NCBI GenBank assembly: GCA_035221665.1
Contig: CM069145.1
Span: 39,308,001 to 39,372,000 of the forward strand
Direction: 5' to 3'
DNA length: 64,000 nt
Source: Okamejei kenojei
Lineage: Eukaryota
Shown: positions 25,328-36,800 of the stretch, piece by piece
Layout: every line of letters starts with the position of its first letter
Position numbering within the stretch: the stretch's first letter is position 1
Made by a program: the position numbers and the translations under genes
Notes under the pieces: generated by a model
Database searches by the model: none
What the model was told of the DNA's origin: nothing
Seen by the model: only the letters and a program-made list of their open reading frames with translations

Positions 25328-26455
25328 AGATTCAGATTCAGATTCCTTTATTGTCATTCAGACCTTTCGGTCTGAATGAAATTTGTTACCTTGCAGTCAT
25401 AACATGTAATAAATTAAAACAAAACACACAATAAACACATAATTTAACATCCACCACAGTGAGTTCACCAAGCACCTCCTCACTGTGGTGGAAGGCAAAA
25501 GTCTTAAGGTCTTTGTCATTTTCCCCTACTTGTTCCCCCTCTGTACTGAGGCAATCCAGGCCTTCGATGTCATCGTCCACCAGGCCCGCGGCCGAGCCTC
25601 CGAAGCCAGGCCGCCACCGCCGCCGCCGCCGGAACGCCGGAACACCACCACAGCTCCCAGCCAGGATCGACCACGGGAACGCTGGAGCCGCCGGAGCTCT
25701 GAAGCCGGGCCGCCGCTGGAGCACCTGCTGGAGAGCCGCTGGAGAGCCGCCGGAGCGCCGAAGCCGGGCCGCCGCTGGAACACCCGCCGGAGAGCCGCCG
25801 GAGAGCCGCTGGAGCCGCCGGAGCGCCGAAGCCGGGCCGCTGCCGGAGCACCCGCTGGAGAGCCGCCGGAGCGCCAATGCCGGGCCGCTGCTGGAACACC
25901 CGCCGGAGCCGCCGGAGCGCCGAAGCCGGGCCGCCGCTGGAACACCCGCCGGAGAGCCGCTGGAGAGCCGCCGGAGCCGCCGGAGCGCCGAAGCCGGGCC
26001 GCTGCTGGAACACCCGCCGGAGCCGCCGGAGCGCCAATGCCGGGCCGCTGCTGGAGCACCGCTGGAGCGCCAATGCCGGGCCGCTGCTGGAGCACCGCTG
26101 GAGCAACTGCTGGAGCGCCGAAGCCCCGAAGCCCCGAAGCCGGGCCGCCGCCGCCGCCGCTGGAACACTGGAGCTCTGAACGCTCGCCACAGCTCCGAGG
26201 CCACCAGCTCCGCCATTAGGCCTCAGCACAGACGGAGACGGTGACGGGGGACACGACAAGAAAAGGTCGCATCCCCCCGAAGGGAGAGACTAAAACCTTG
26301 TTTCTCCCACCCTCCCCCCCCCCCCCCCCACACAAACACAGCCTAATAAACCAAAAATTCTAACTAAAAACAGACACAAAAGGACGAAAAAAAAAGAAAA
26401 AACAGACGGACTGCAGGTGAGCCGCAGCTGCCACGCAGCGCCGCCACTTCCGGAG
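25328..26455 (-). mobile_element. Non-coding retroposon with GC-rich tandem core, inserted in the CR1 ORF2
   Basis: The CR1 sequence ctgattc|ctgggatgtc is interrupted, whereas it is intact in the 33.4-kb copy. GATTC flanks both sides. Minus-strand AATAAA followed by a (GAATCT)n tail. Confidence 0.85.
25600..26180. repeat. GC-rich minisatellite (ggagccgccggagcgccgaagccgggccgccgctggaacacccgcc variants)
   Basis: Direct reading of repeated units. Explains the stop-free ORFs in all six frames. Confidence 0.9.
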
Positions 26456-27574
26456 GATTCCTGGGATGTCAGGACTTTCATATGAGGAAAGACTGGATAG
26501 ACTTGGCTTGTACTCGCTAGAATTTAGAAGATTGAGGGGGGATCTTATAGAAACTTACAAAATTCTTAAGGGGTTGGACAGGCTAGATGCAGGAAGATTG
26601 TTCCCGATGTTGGGGAGGTCCAGAACAAGGGGTCACAGTCTAAGGATAAGGGGGAATTCCTTTAGGACTGCGATGAGGAAAACATTTTCACACAGAGAGT
26701 GGTGAGTCTCTGGAATTCTCTGCCGCAGAATGTAGTTGAGGCCAGTTCATTGGCTATATTTAAGAAGTAGTTAGATGTGGCCCCTGTGGCTAAAGGGATC
26801 AGGGGGTATGGAGAGAAGGCAGGTACAGGATACTGAGTTGGATGATCAGCCATGATCATATTGAACGGCCAAATGGCCTACTCCTGCACCTATTTTCTAT
26901 GTTTCTATGAATCTGAGGTATGCGTTTTTAAAATTCTGTACCTGTTGCATGTTTGGAGAGGGGAGAAGAGGGAATGTCTGGGGTGAAACTTGTCCTTGAT
27001 CATGTTGGTGGCCTTGCTGCTAAACAGCTGAACCATCAGTTATAGTCCAATTACTTTCGATATGATCAACAGAACAACATTTGTGGAGTTCAGATATCCT
27101 GGAGGGTTACAAACTGGACGATATTAGAACCAGGGTGGATAAAACTGTGGAGAAATGTGAAAAAAAAAACAATACAAATTTTACAATTGATGCATTACTC
27201 AACCATCTGCCAGTGTGGGCAGGTTAGCACAGGGAGAATAGGTGAATAGAACTTGGTGTACATTCAGACACAGGTGACCGAGTTTTGGAAGACTTCAAGT
27301 TCACAGGAGAACGACAGAGACTGATCACGTGCAAGGAATCCTGCCTGCAGTTTATCAACTTCAAATTATTTTACTTTTATGTCTGAAGAAGTCTTGACCC
27401 AAAGTGTTGCTTGCCCATGTTCTGCAGAGATGCTCCCTTGCTCGTTTGGTTTGGAGATACAATGGGGAAACAGGCCCTTATGCACATCGAGACCATCCCA
27501 ATCAGCGATCACCCGTACTGGGAACTGGGCATATATCTAAAAGAGTGTGTAAGAAGAAGGAACTGCAATTGGGT

Positions 27575-27935
27575 GAGAAAGACACCCAACAAAGCTACGG
27601 AAATGCCTAATGAACCATCGTGGCCTAAACATCCATCAGGCGAGAATGAAATGCTCGGAGAAGGAGAAAGAGGTGCAGCGCGCAGGCCTTGAACCTGGTG
27701 AGACGCAGGAGGAGCCCGGCTGGGAGTCACCCCACAGAGCCCAGTCCCTCCATGCACTAGTCTCCCAACCCCTGCAGAGTAGTTATTAAGATGGCTGATC
27801 CGTGGGCAGTTGCTGCTGGGACGCAAGTCGGGGCCTGATCAACCCCGGCTGGGTCGTCTGGGCGAGGGTGTCTGATGTTGTGAGACCGAAACACCCGATG
27901 ACCCCAGGTCACATCATTGAGGATGCGTCCCAGCT
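27575..27935 (+). mobile_element. Internally deleted HERO-like (restriction-like-endonuclease clade) non-LTR retrotransposon
   Basis: N-terminal NHRGLNIHQARMKC...PGETQEEPGWESPHRAQSLH (from 27610) joined to C-terminal IKMADPWAVAAGTQVGA* (27785-27838) and a structured 3' UTR. Family recognised from memory of these peptides. Confidence 0.55.
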
Positions 27936-28619
27936 CATCTAGAAGATGTATATTTTTCATAAATGCTGGTTTAAACCGAATATAGAGACAAAAAGTTGGA
28001 GTGACTCAGTGGGACAGGCAGCATCTCTGGAGAGAAGGAAAGGGTGACGAAAGAAGTTGCCAGGCTGTGGAGGAAAGGTGGATACATTTGGACTTGCAGG
28101 TTGCTGCTATAGAGATACAATCTCGATGAACCAAATGGCCTTCATCCAACTATTCTCGAACTACATATATTTTTTTCAAAAAAAGCTTGCCTAACATTTG
28201 AAGGAAAATTATTCAGTCTTAAGAAGGGTCTCGACTCGAAACGCGGTGCAGACTCGAAGGGCCGAATGGCCTACTCCTGCACCTATTTTCTATTTTCTAT
28301 GAAACGTCACCCATTCCTTCTCTCCACAGATGTTGCCTGTCCCGCTGAGTCACTCCAGCATTTTGTGTCTACCCTGGCTTCCATTTGTCTGATTCATAAA
28401 TCCAACCGCAGTATTACTTGTTTTGATGCAATTTGCCGGTAAAACTCTGGAATTGTGAAATTCCAAACATTCCCATGATGTTATTGGCCTGTGGCTTTCA
28501 TTTGCAAGTTTGAAATTAAATTCAAGTTTGGCTTCAAGTCTGACTTAGGTTATAGGCGAGTCATTGCAAGGTGTTGCATATTTCAGTACTTTTTGCATTA
28601 ACGGCTCTGCTTCCATGTG

Positions 28620-29419
28620 GCTGCCTCCACTTTAAAGCGGCCGTATAACCTTTCTCACCACGTCCTTGCTGGGGAGCGCACACAGCTCTTGCTGTGTCAA
28701 GTCCTATCAATCATGTGACAGGGTTTCCCGCCAATGATTGGAATACGTTCCTCGTGAACCCTTCACGGCCGACCATGCCTCCCTCGCAACCGAACCTGAT
28801 TGCATGAGTGACGCGGCAAGCGGCCAGCCAGCGCGCAAAGCGACGGGGAGAGGCGGGGTGACATCCAATGACAACGAGTGGAGTGGGCGGGACTTCAACT
28901 CATCAAGTTAGGTTGAAAGTCAAAACGCGGCCCTCTGAAGCGCGTGAGCGGAGCGGGTGGAGGCGACGGGGAGGGGGGCAGTCGGTGGGGATTGACATGC
29001 GCCCCAACCAATGGTAAAGGGGATGGTGTGGCGGTGATGATGTCAGTCATAAGGGCGGGCCAATCAGGCCGTGTGAAGGGCGGGGTCACGGCTAGGTCCC
29101 GCCCTCGGCCGGCGGAAGTTGGTCTGGGCGGGCGCGGGCGGAGGGGTTGGGAAACCGTGGTACGTCACGGCCAGCGGCCCCATTTTGCCCCCCTGCCTGC
29201 CGCAAGTTAGGCCAGGAGGAGGAGAGGATAGCGACGGTGGGGGCAGAAGATGCGGGCGGCTCCTCATAAAGGGCCGGCGCGTCGAGTGAGCCGAACGTGA
29301 GGACGATATTAGGGCGAAGGGGCGCCACAAATACCGCGAGGAGGAGGACGAGGAAGGGAAGGGAAGAGAGAGAGAGAGAGAGAAAACCAGCCCGGGCTTG
29401 GCCGCCAAGTTTTTCCCCG
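28620..29419 (+). promoter_or_regulatory. CpG-island promoter and 5' UTR of SLC25A28
   Basis: CpG-dense and repeat-free. CCAAT boxes at ~28731, 28865, 29008 and 29060; GC boxes (GGGCGG) at ~28885, 29053 and 29126; ETS-type CGGAAGT at ~29113; CRE-like TACGTCA at 29161; (GA)n tract before the ATG. TSS cannot be determined from sequence. Confidence 0.8.
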
Positions 29420-29806
29420 ATGGAATTTGAACATGAAGGGGTGAGGATCAAAGTACCGGAGCGAGCAGAAGCGATCAGCAGCGGTGAGGGCAGTGCCAGC
29501 AGCAGCGGGACGAGTATCGCGGGCGGCTCGGTGGCCATCGCCCGCAAGTCGCCAGTGCTCGCCACGCCGCCTCCTTTCTTCGACATCTTGGTGAGCCCTC
29601 CGTCCCCAGCCAGCCGCTTCCTGAATATTATGGACAATTTCTCGGATGAGAACAACAGCAGCAGCAGCAGCAGCAGCAACAGCAACAGCAACGAGCCAGA
29701 GTACGAGAGCCTCCCCGAGACCGCTTCCACCTCCACGCACATGATCGCCGGAGCCGTGGCCGGGGTCCTGGAGCATTGCGTGATGTACCCCATCGACTGC
29801 GTCAAG
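29420..29806 (+). CDS. SLC25A28: Mitoferrin-2, coding exon 1 (129 codons, phase-0 donor)
   Basis: ATG at 29420 opens MEFEHEG...[38 protein letters not shown]. This matches the mitoferrin first transmembrane helix and the Px[D/E]xx[K/R] carrier signature. Donor AAG|gtactc at 29807. Lies in a CpG island. Confidence 0.95.
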
Positions 29807-29939
29807 GTACTCACTCGACAGCCCTGCCGTCCGCTGCCGGGGGAGGGAGGGAAGCGGGTGCAAGCAGTGGAAAAAAACAAACGGCACGGTCCATCTGCAT
29901 TGGCAGCCGATCTCTTTTTGGAAATTGAAACGTCGAGAG

Positions 29940-31180
29940 AGTTGCAAGTTTCATCTTGTAAAGAAGGGGAACTGTTTATTCCTTCACACGAGTTGCAATA
30001 CAGATCTCTGTTTTTGAAGAGTTCAGTAAGCAATGATTTGTACGGTGTATTGTAGAGGCACCAGTGTCAAAGTCATCTTGCAAAGGAGGGAAATCGTTTA
30101 TTCCTTCACCCAGGTGCTGTGCTGCAATTCTGGTATGTTTGGACAGTTCAATAAGCAAGGAATTGTACGGTCTATTGTAGGGTCATCAGTGTCAAAATCA
30201 TCTTGCGATTGTGGAGAATAGTTTATTCCTTCACACAGGTGCTGGATTGCAATACAGTTCTCTGTTCTTGAAGTTCGTTAAGCAAGGAATCCTACATTGT
30301 ATTGTAGAGGCAAGTCTCAAAATCGTCTTGCAAAGGAGGGGAATAGTTTATTCCCCCACACAGGCACCGAGTTGCAATTCAGTTTTAAAAAAAATGTACG
30401 ATGTATTGCAGAGGCACTACTGTCAAAATCATTGTTCAAGGAAAGACTCAATGCTGGAGTAACTCAGCGGGCAGACAACATCCCTGACGAGCCCTGGAGA
30501 ACATCGATTTATGATGTTTTGGGAAGGGACACTTCTTCAGACTGGGTTACAACGTTGAGTTCCCCCTGCATGTTGTGTCTTTCCATGCAAAGGACAGTGG
30601 TAGTTTATTCCTTTACACAGGAGTGAGTTGGAATATAGCTCTCTGTTTTTGGATAGTTCAGTAAGTCTGGAATTGTATGGTGTATTGTAAAGGCACCATT
30701 ATCAAAATCATCTTGCAAAGGCGGAGGAAAGTTTTATTCATTTGCCCAAGCACTGTAATGTAATATTTTTGAGGACTTGAGTAAGCAAGGAATTATATGG
30801 TGTTTTGTAGAGGTACCACTGTCAAAATCATCTTACATAGAAGAATGTTAGTTCATCCCTTTACACAAGCAGCATGTTATAAAACTCTGATATTTTGAGA
30901 GTTGTCAGCTAGGAACAGTATGGTGTGTTGTAGAGGCACCACTGTCAAAATCATCTTGGAAAGGAGGGGGACTCGGCGGGTGAGGCAGCATCTATGGAGT
31001 GAAGGAATATGCGATATTTTGGGTCAAGACCTTCCTCCAGCATTTTTGTCTACCTTTGATTTTTCCAGCATCTGTAGTTATTTCTTATATATGGTTGTTA
31101 TACTCTGATACTTTTGGAGATTTAACAAAGCTAGGAATTTTGTGGTGCATTGTTAGAGACACCACTGTAAAAACCTACCT
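29940..31180 (+). repeat. Degenerate ~120-bp tandem array (about 9-10 units) at the start of intron 1
   Basis: Recurrent gttcagtaagcaaggaattgtacggtgtattgtagaggcaccactgtcaaaatcatcttgcaaagg...tttattccttcac. Interrupted by Penelope-derived repeats at ~30450-30545 and ~30970-31080. Confidence 0.85.
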
Positions 31181-32934
31181 TTGAAATAAAGACACAAAGT
31201 TCTGGAGCAACTCAGCGGGTCAGACAGCATCTCTGGAGAACATGGATAACTGACATTTCAGTCTAACGAAGGGTCCCAACCTGAAACATTGCCTATTCAT
31301 GTTTTCCAAAGATGCTGCCTGACCCGCTGAGTTACTCCAGTTCTTTGTGTTGCTTTTTTTTGTAAACCAGCATCTGCAGTTCCTTGTATCCTGCTTTTGA
31401 AAGTTTATCTTTAGAAAGATGTGAGTAAAATGATATGGCAGAAGCTAATTTTCTGTGGTCGATCTACTCTTTGGAGAAACATCATGAGCTCTATAAATGT
31501 TGGAGCACTTGAGCTTTCAAATTGCTGGGGGTTTGGGGAGGGAATTAGTTTACTTGAAGTTGTAGTTTTGATGCCATGGCATTTCAGTTCTGTTCCTTGG
31601 ATACGAATAGCATTAGTTTCTTTTTAGAACTGTTCTTGTCTGACATGCAAATTAATAATTGCATTAAATAGTTACAGTTGAGAAGGATTTTAGTTTTTTG
31701 ATTAAGTTTTGTAATGAATATTTTGGCAGTGCTTAATTAGATTGCCAGGCTGAGAGGTGGAGGGGCAATGACTCCAACCGGGCTAATGCATTTAACTATC
31801 CCTATCAACATATAAATAAAATGAATATTAGTCTGTATATGAAACAGTGTTTTCTTTAGAAAAATAACGTATAATAAAATTGTCTCAATGGCAGTTTTGG
31901 TTAAACTGCAACTAAGTGCTGGCATTAGATCACTTTTTTTTTAATTGTATTTGAGTTATAGTTGAGAATAATAATTTTTCTAGAATTGTTACAGCAATGT
32001 GAGAAACCATTTCACCCATCAAGTTGGTAGTGCAGTCCTGTGAGTCGACTAAATTGGGCACAACATGACTGTAATGTTAAGATAAACTCAAAGCTGGAGT
32101 AACTTAGCAAGACAGGTAGCAATTCTGGAGGGAAGGAATTGGTGCTGTTTCGAGTCGACCCTTCTTCAGACTGGTTAGGGCATGTTAACAGTTTATACGT
32201 AAATATATATTTTGCTCTGAATTGTTTTAGAAGAATGTTATAAAGAAAGCCGAGGGAAACGGTATAATTGTTATTCATACCTATGCAAATGTTTGTAATG
32301 TTCAGTGGTACATTAGTAACTAGAAATGTCCTCATACGTAGATGATTGATGAAAGAGAAGCAAGCAGACAATGCATATTAGCTGATGTTGTAATTAAAAG
32401 AGAGCTGGTGGCTTGGGTTAGGTCATGAATTTAGGTGGCTTGTGGTGGAAAATGCTGAAGCTAACATTTTACAAGTAACCTGTAAATATGAGACAAAAGA
32501 TTCAATAGGTTTTCCAGCAAATTTTCTACATTTTAGGGAAGACAGCGGACACCTCAAATACCCTAGCATGTTGCTTACACCCGGTGACAGTTTTCTTGCT
32601 CTGTGCAGCTAAAATAGACAACAGCTATAAACTTGCATCTTCAGAAAATTGTGTTGAAATTCAAAAGCCAGGTATGTTTGCTGATTTCTTCATTGTGACT
32701 TTGATGTGTTAGAACTTTTCCTATTCAAGTGTGCATATATCTGTAGTTTGGGTGAGTTCTCATAGGTACATGTATCAAATACCTGTGATAGACACAAAAT
32801 GCTGGAGTAACTCATCGGGATAGGCAGCATCTCTCGAGAGAAGGAATGGGTGATGTTTTGCTCAAGACCCTTCTTCAGACTATACCTGTGACAGTGGTTA
32901 CTTCACATGGGATCTGTTTTGATTCTTATTTTCT

Positions 32935-33876
32935 CTTGAATGCAATATCTCCAAGTTTGTGGAGTCATTAAGTTGGGGGGTAGTGTTAGGTGTGGGGAGG
33001 ATGCTAGGAGGCTGCAAGGTGACTTGGATAGGCTGGGTGAGTGGGCAAATGCATGGCAGATGCAGTATAATGTGGATAAATGTGAGGTGATCCCCTTTGG
33101 TGGCAAAAGCAGGAGGGTAGACTATTATCTTAATGGTGGCAAATTAGGAAAAGGGGAGATGCAACGAGACCTCGGTGTCATGATACACCAATCATTGAAA
33201 GTAGACATGCAGGGGCAGCAGGCAGTGAAGAAAGCAAATGGTATGTTAGCATTCATAGTGAAAGGATTTGAGTATAGGAGCAGGGAGGTTCTACTGCAGT
33301 TGTACGGAGTTTTAGTGAGACCACACCTGGAGTATTGAGTACTGTTTTGGTCTCCAAATCTGAGAAAAGACATTCTTGCCATAGAAGGGGTACAGAGAAG
33401 GTTCACCAGACTGATTCCTGGGATGTCAGGACTTTCATATCAGGAAAGACTGGATAGATTTGGCTTGTACTCGCTAGAATTTAGAAGACTGAGGGGGGGG
33501 GGATCTTATAGAAACTTACAAAATTCTTAAGGATAGGCTAGATGCAGGAAGATTGTTCCCGATGTTGGGGAGGTCCAGAACAAGGGGTCACAGTCTAAGG
33601 ATAAGGGGGAATTCCTTTAGGACCGAGATAAGGAAAACATTTTTCACACAGAGTGGTGAGTCTCTGGAATGATCTGCCACAGAAGGTAATTGAGGCCAGT
33701 TCATTGGCTATATTTAAGAGAGAGTAAGATGTGGCCCTTGTGGCTAAAGGGATCAGGGGGTATGGAGAGAAGGCAGGTACAGGATACTGAGTTGGATGAT
33801 CAGCCATGATCATATTGAATGGCGGTGCAGGTTCGAAGGGCCGAATGGCCTATTCCTGCACCTATTTTCTATGTTT
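32935..33876 (+). mobile_element. CR1 LINE 3' fragment (end of RT plus 3' UTR)
   Basis: [28 protein letters not shown]...VLVRPHLEY. Near-identical to 24860-25327 joined to 26456-26910. Confidence 0.93.
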
Positions 33877-36800
33877 CTCCCCCCTGTATTGACAAAACCT
33901 GTGCTTAAACGCCACTTTGTCCTCTTGTGCATTAACCAGCATCTGCTATTCCTTGTTTCTGTATTTACTGATTGTTTGGGAAGATGTGCAATGATTTATC
34001 ATTGAAATGCCGTGCTTGTTTAAATAGCTTCTATTTTATCTTCATATGGGGAAAGGTAACAGATTGTTTCAGCAGCTTTTGAAATGGAATATATTAGCCA
34101 TTGGTTTACAATGTATCTTGTTACTTGTAACCAATAAGTTATGACTTGGTTGTTCAAATCTGTAAAAAGATGAATTTGATTTGTTATTTGTGTGGTTTTT
34201 CTGTGTGATTGCGCAATAACGTTGGTTTAACAATGTATTTGTTCCTAATAGCTTATGTGAAGACTTTGCTTATAAAAGTAGACATTGGCAGCCATTTTGT
34301 TTGTGGGTAATTGTTCTAAAGTAGATTATTGGTGATGTGTATCTCTATTTTAATAGCTAATATTGTTACTTGTGCTGTAGTTAGATAAGGTGTGTTGAAG
34401 ACATGAATGCTGTTTAGCTGAATAATAACAGTTTTATTAACTCTGTTAACTGATGTGACAAGTTTTCTTTAGGATGTTCTGCCCACACGGTGCCTTTTGT
34501 ACTCTAACTATATTGGTCACATGGGGTGAACTTGTAATTCAAGATTGAGGCATTTGTGGAATCTCATGGTTCTTTGCAGTTGGGAACTACTTTTTGAAGC
34601 CTCAACTCTGTAATCAAGATGGGAGTTTTCAGTTTTGCTTCTGGTAATCTGGTTTTACAATATTTCTAGGACGCTTGTGCAGATAGCTGTGGGATTCTGT
34701 GCCCTTCAACTTAAACTGAACCATGCTAAGGGGAAAAATGCCGTTTGCTTTTGTTGCTGGACATGGAATCATATGTGATTGTTAGGATTTCTAAGTTATT
34801 CAATCTCAATTCATTCCATCGCCTCCAGTTGAACTGCGTTGAAGGCAGAAGCCTGTTAAACCTGGTCTAATTCTGCCTGCATTTCACTCTGTAATTACAG
34901 TAAGACTCATCTGTGTCAAGCATTACTTTTAAGCAGCAATACAAATATAATGTGTAAAGTACCTGACCCTGAAACTCATTAGGAAATCTTTTTGTGCCAA
35001 GCATAAAGAATTAATTTAAAGAAAGTGCAAACCTGTGACAAAAATTGTGATGATTTTAGGTAATTACCCTGCCATGTACATGTGAAGGAGCATTCTTTTT
35101 TGGAGTGGGGGTAATTGGAGGGTGGGGGTGCAGTGAATGAGTGAATACCCTCCTTTGTGTGGCACGTAAAACAGGCAGCCATGGAAACAATACCATGCTG
35201 GAAGAAGCTGTTTCCTCAATGAAATCTCATGGTCTCTTCATATTTAAAATTGACCTTGTCCACGTTAGTAGTGAGTCAAGGGCACAGTGATGGAGGTTTT
35301 AACGTACCCGGTGATCTGCATTATTCAAGTGCCAAGTTGCTACCAGAAAACAGATGTTTTTGCTAATCACGGGGTAAGGGTAAATGTGTGTGGTGTTCTT
35401 TGCTCATGCTGGTCAGCTAACCATAGGAAAACAATGCCATTGTGCAGGAAAATATTGTCTCTAAAAAATAAAATGAATCAACAAGTCCTTCTTTAGATGG
35501 CAGGATTACAAGCTTGAAATGGGTTATAATGACCTTATGGATCTCCTTGAATGATAGCTAAGGTACAATCCATTTGCAAAAAAACACGTATTTTACACAA
35601 ATGTGAATGGTAAATTTATTGATGCCAGTGTTGAACAGTATTATAGCAGTTAGTCTATACAGAGTGAGTTTGAGCTGTACACAAACTTGCCATTTAGCAT
35701 TGTTACCTTGTGCCCATCTCAATATTTATCCCTTAACTGAATAATCTATTTCAGAAAAGTTGGTTACGATATTGTGTGTGTGAATGAAAATAGGTTTCCT
35801 TGTTTCCAACTTGCGATAATGACTGCATGTGATAAGTACTTTGGTCACAGTGAAAGTATTTTGAGACCTCCTGTTGATTGAACTGCAATAAATTAAAACA
35901 ATTTCAAATTAATGAATTTGCATTATTCTTTTGGTTATACTGCGGAGCAACCCCGACGATGCTAAACTTCAAACAAAGTAAAGATGCAAAATGAGAAGAT
36001 GCTGTGTAAAATAAGTGATGTGGGTAACCATATGGTCCATTTCCCCCCCCCCCCCTTCTTTTGGGTAAAATCTTAATATATACTTGTGATTGGGGGGGGG
36101 GGACGGGGGGGAATCTTGTTCAGAAAATATTTGTACAGGCTTTTTTCTTGTATCTGGCGTCAAAGCAGAATGTTCAACTGATGTGATGACTCGGCCAGGC
36201 GATTCATCATGACTTGCAGTTTTCTAATATCGAAGGGTGTTGTCTGTATTGAATAGCAACGTATTCTGTGCATGCTAGTTGGTTTGCATGAGTTTGTTGT
36301 TCCTCAGGAAACAATGTTAAAATTATGAATGAATAATATAAAATGTCCAGACCCAAGGGCAGGTAAACCAGTGAGTCTGAGCTGTTTGGGACAAGGAAAC
36401 AATATATTGTCTTATTTGAAATTCAACTTGAACAATTCTTCTGCTTGGTTTGCTATTTATCAAGTTTATATAATCCTTTGGAGCAAAACGTTGGTTATGC
36501 AACAAACAGCCTAATGTCTGTAACAGTCAGTGCAGACCAGCAATAGTACAATTAGATCATGGACATAAAGATTTGATCTCACTGGGCCAAATAAAATAGC
36601 AGATGTGGGGGAAGTGGAATTACCCAACCTTAGTCATTGGATTTACAGTAAGTGGATAACATTTATTTGTGCACCTATTCAGGTGCCATGCTGAAGCTGA
36701 GCCCCAACCCACTGCCTGACCTCCAGCCTTTTGATTTTTGCTCAAGATTCCATTTTAATTAATTAAGCAGTTGATTCATTCACGGAGTTTGTGCTAAATA

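Larger units (their letters stand above)
21308..26910 (+). mobile_element. Near full-length CR1 LINE, inactivated
   Basis: Tandem-repeat 5' UTR. ORF1 21679-22613 (one break) has a CxxC..CxxC finger, a coiled coil and SGNH esterase motifs (GDSIVRG, GTND, DGLH). ORF2 has APE endonuclease (LNARSIRNK, MGDFN, SDHNMV) and RT ([38 protein letters not shown]) with stops and frameshifts. (TTTCTATG)n tail at ~26893-26909. Confidence 0.95.

Noticed and set aside
25386-26259. Long overlapping ORFs (up to 276 aa) in all six frames
   Set aside because: By-product of a stop-free GC-rich minisatellite inside a retroposon; the translations are low-complexity.
29200-29419. Iron-responsive element in the mitoferrin 5' UTR
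   Set aside because: No CAGUGN-loop hairpin with a C bulge is visible upstream of the ATG.
29092-30033. 313-aa and 212-aa antisense ORFs over exon 1
   Set aside because: Shadow ORFs of a GC-rich exon and CpG island. The poly-Leu and poly-Ala runs are the reverse of the AGC repeat, and there is no domain.
29807-30055. Continuation of the exon 1 ORF past CVK
   Set aside because: Mitoferrin similarity stops at the GT donor; the rest is intronic read-through into the tandem array.
29940-31180. CRISPR-like appearance of regularly spaced repeats
   Set aside because: Whole units are homologous with no unique spacers, the context is a vertebrate intron, and there are no cas genes.
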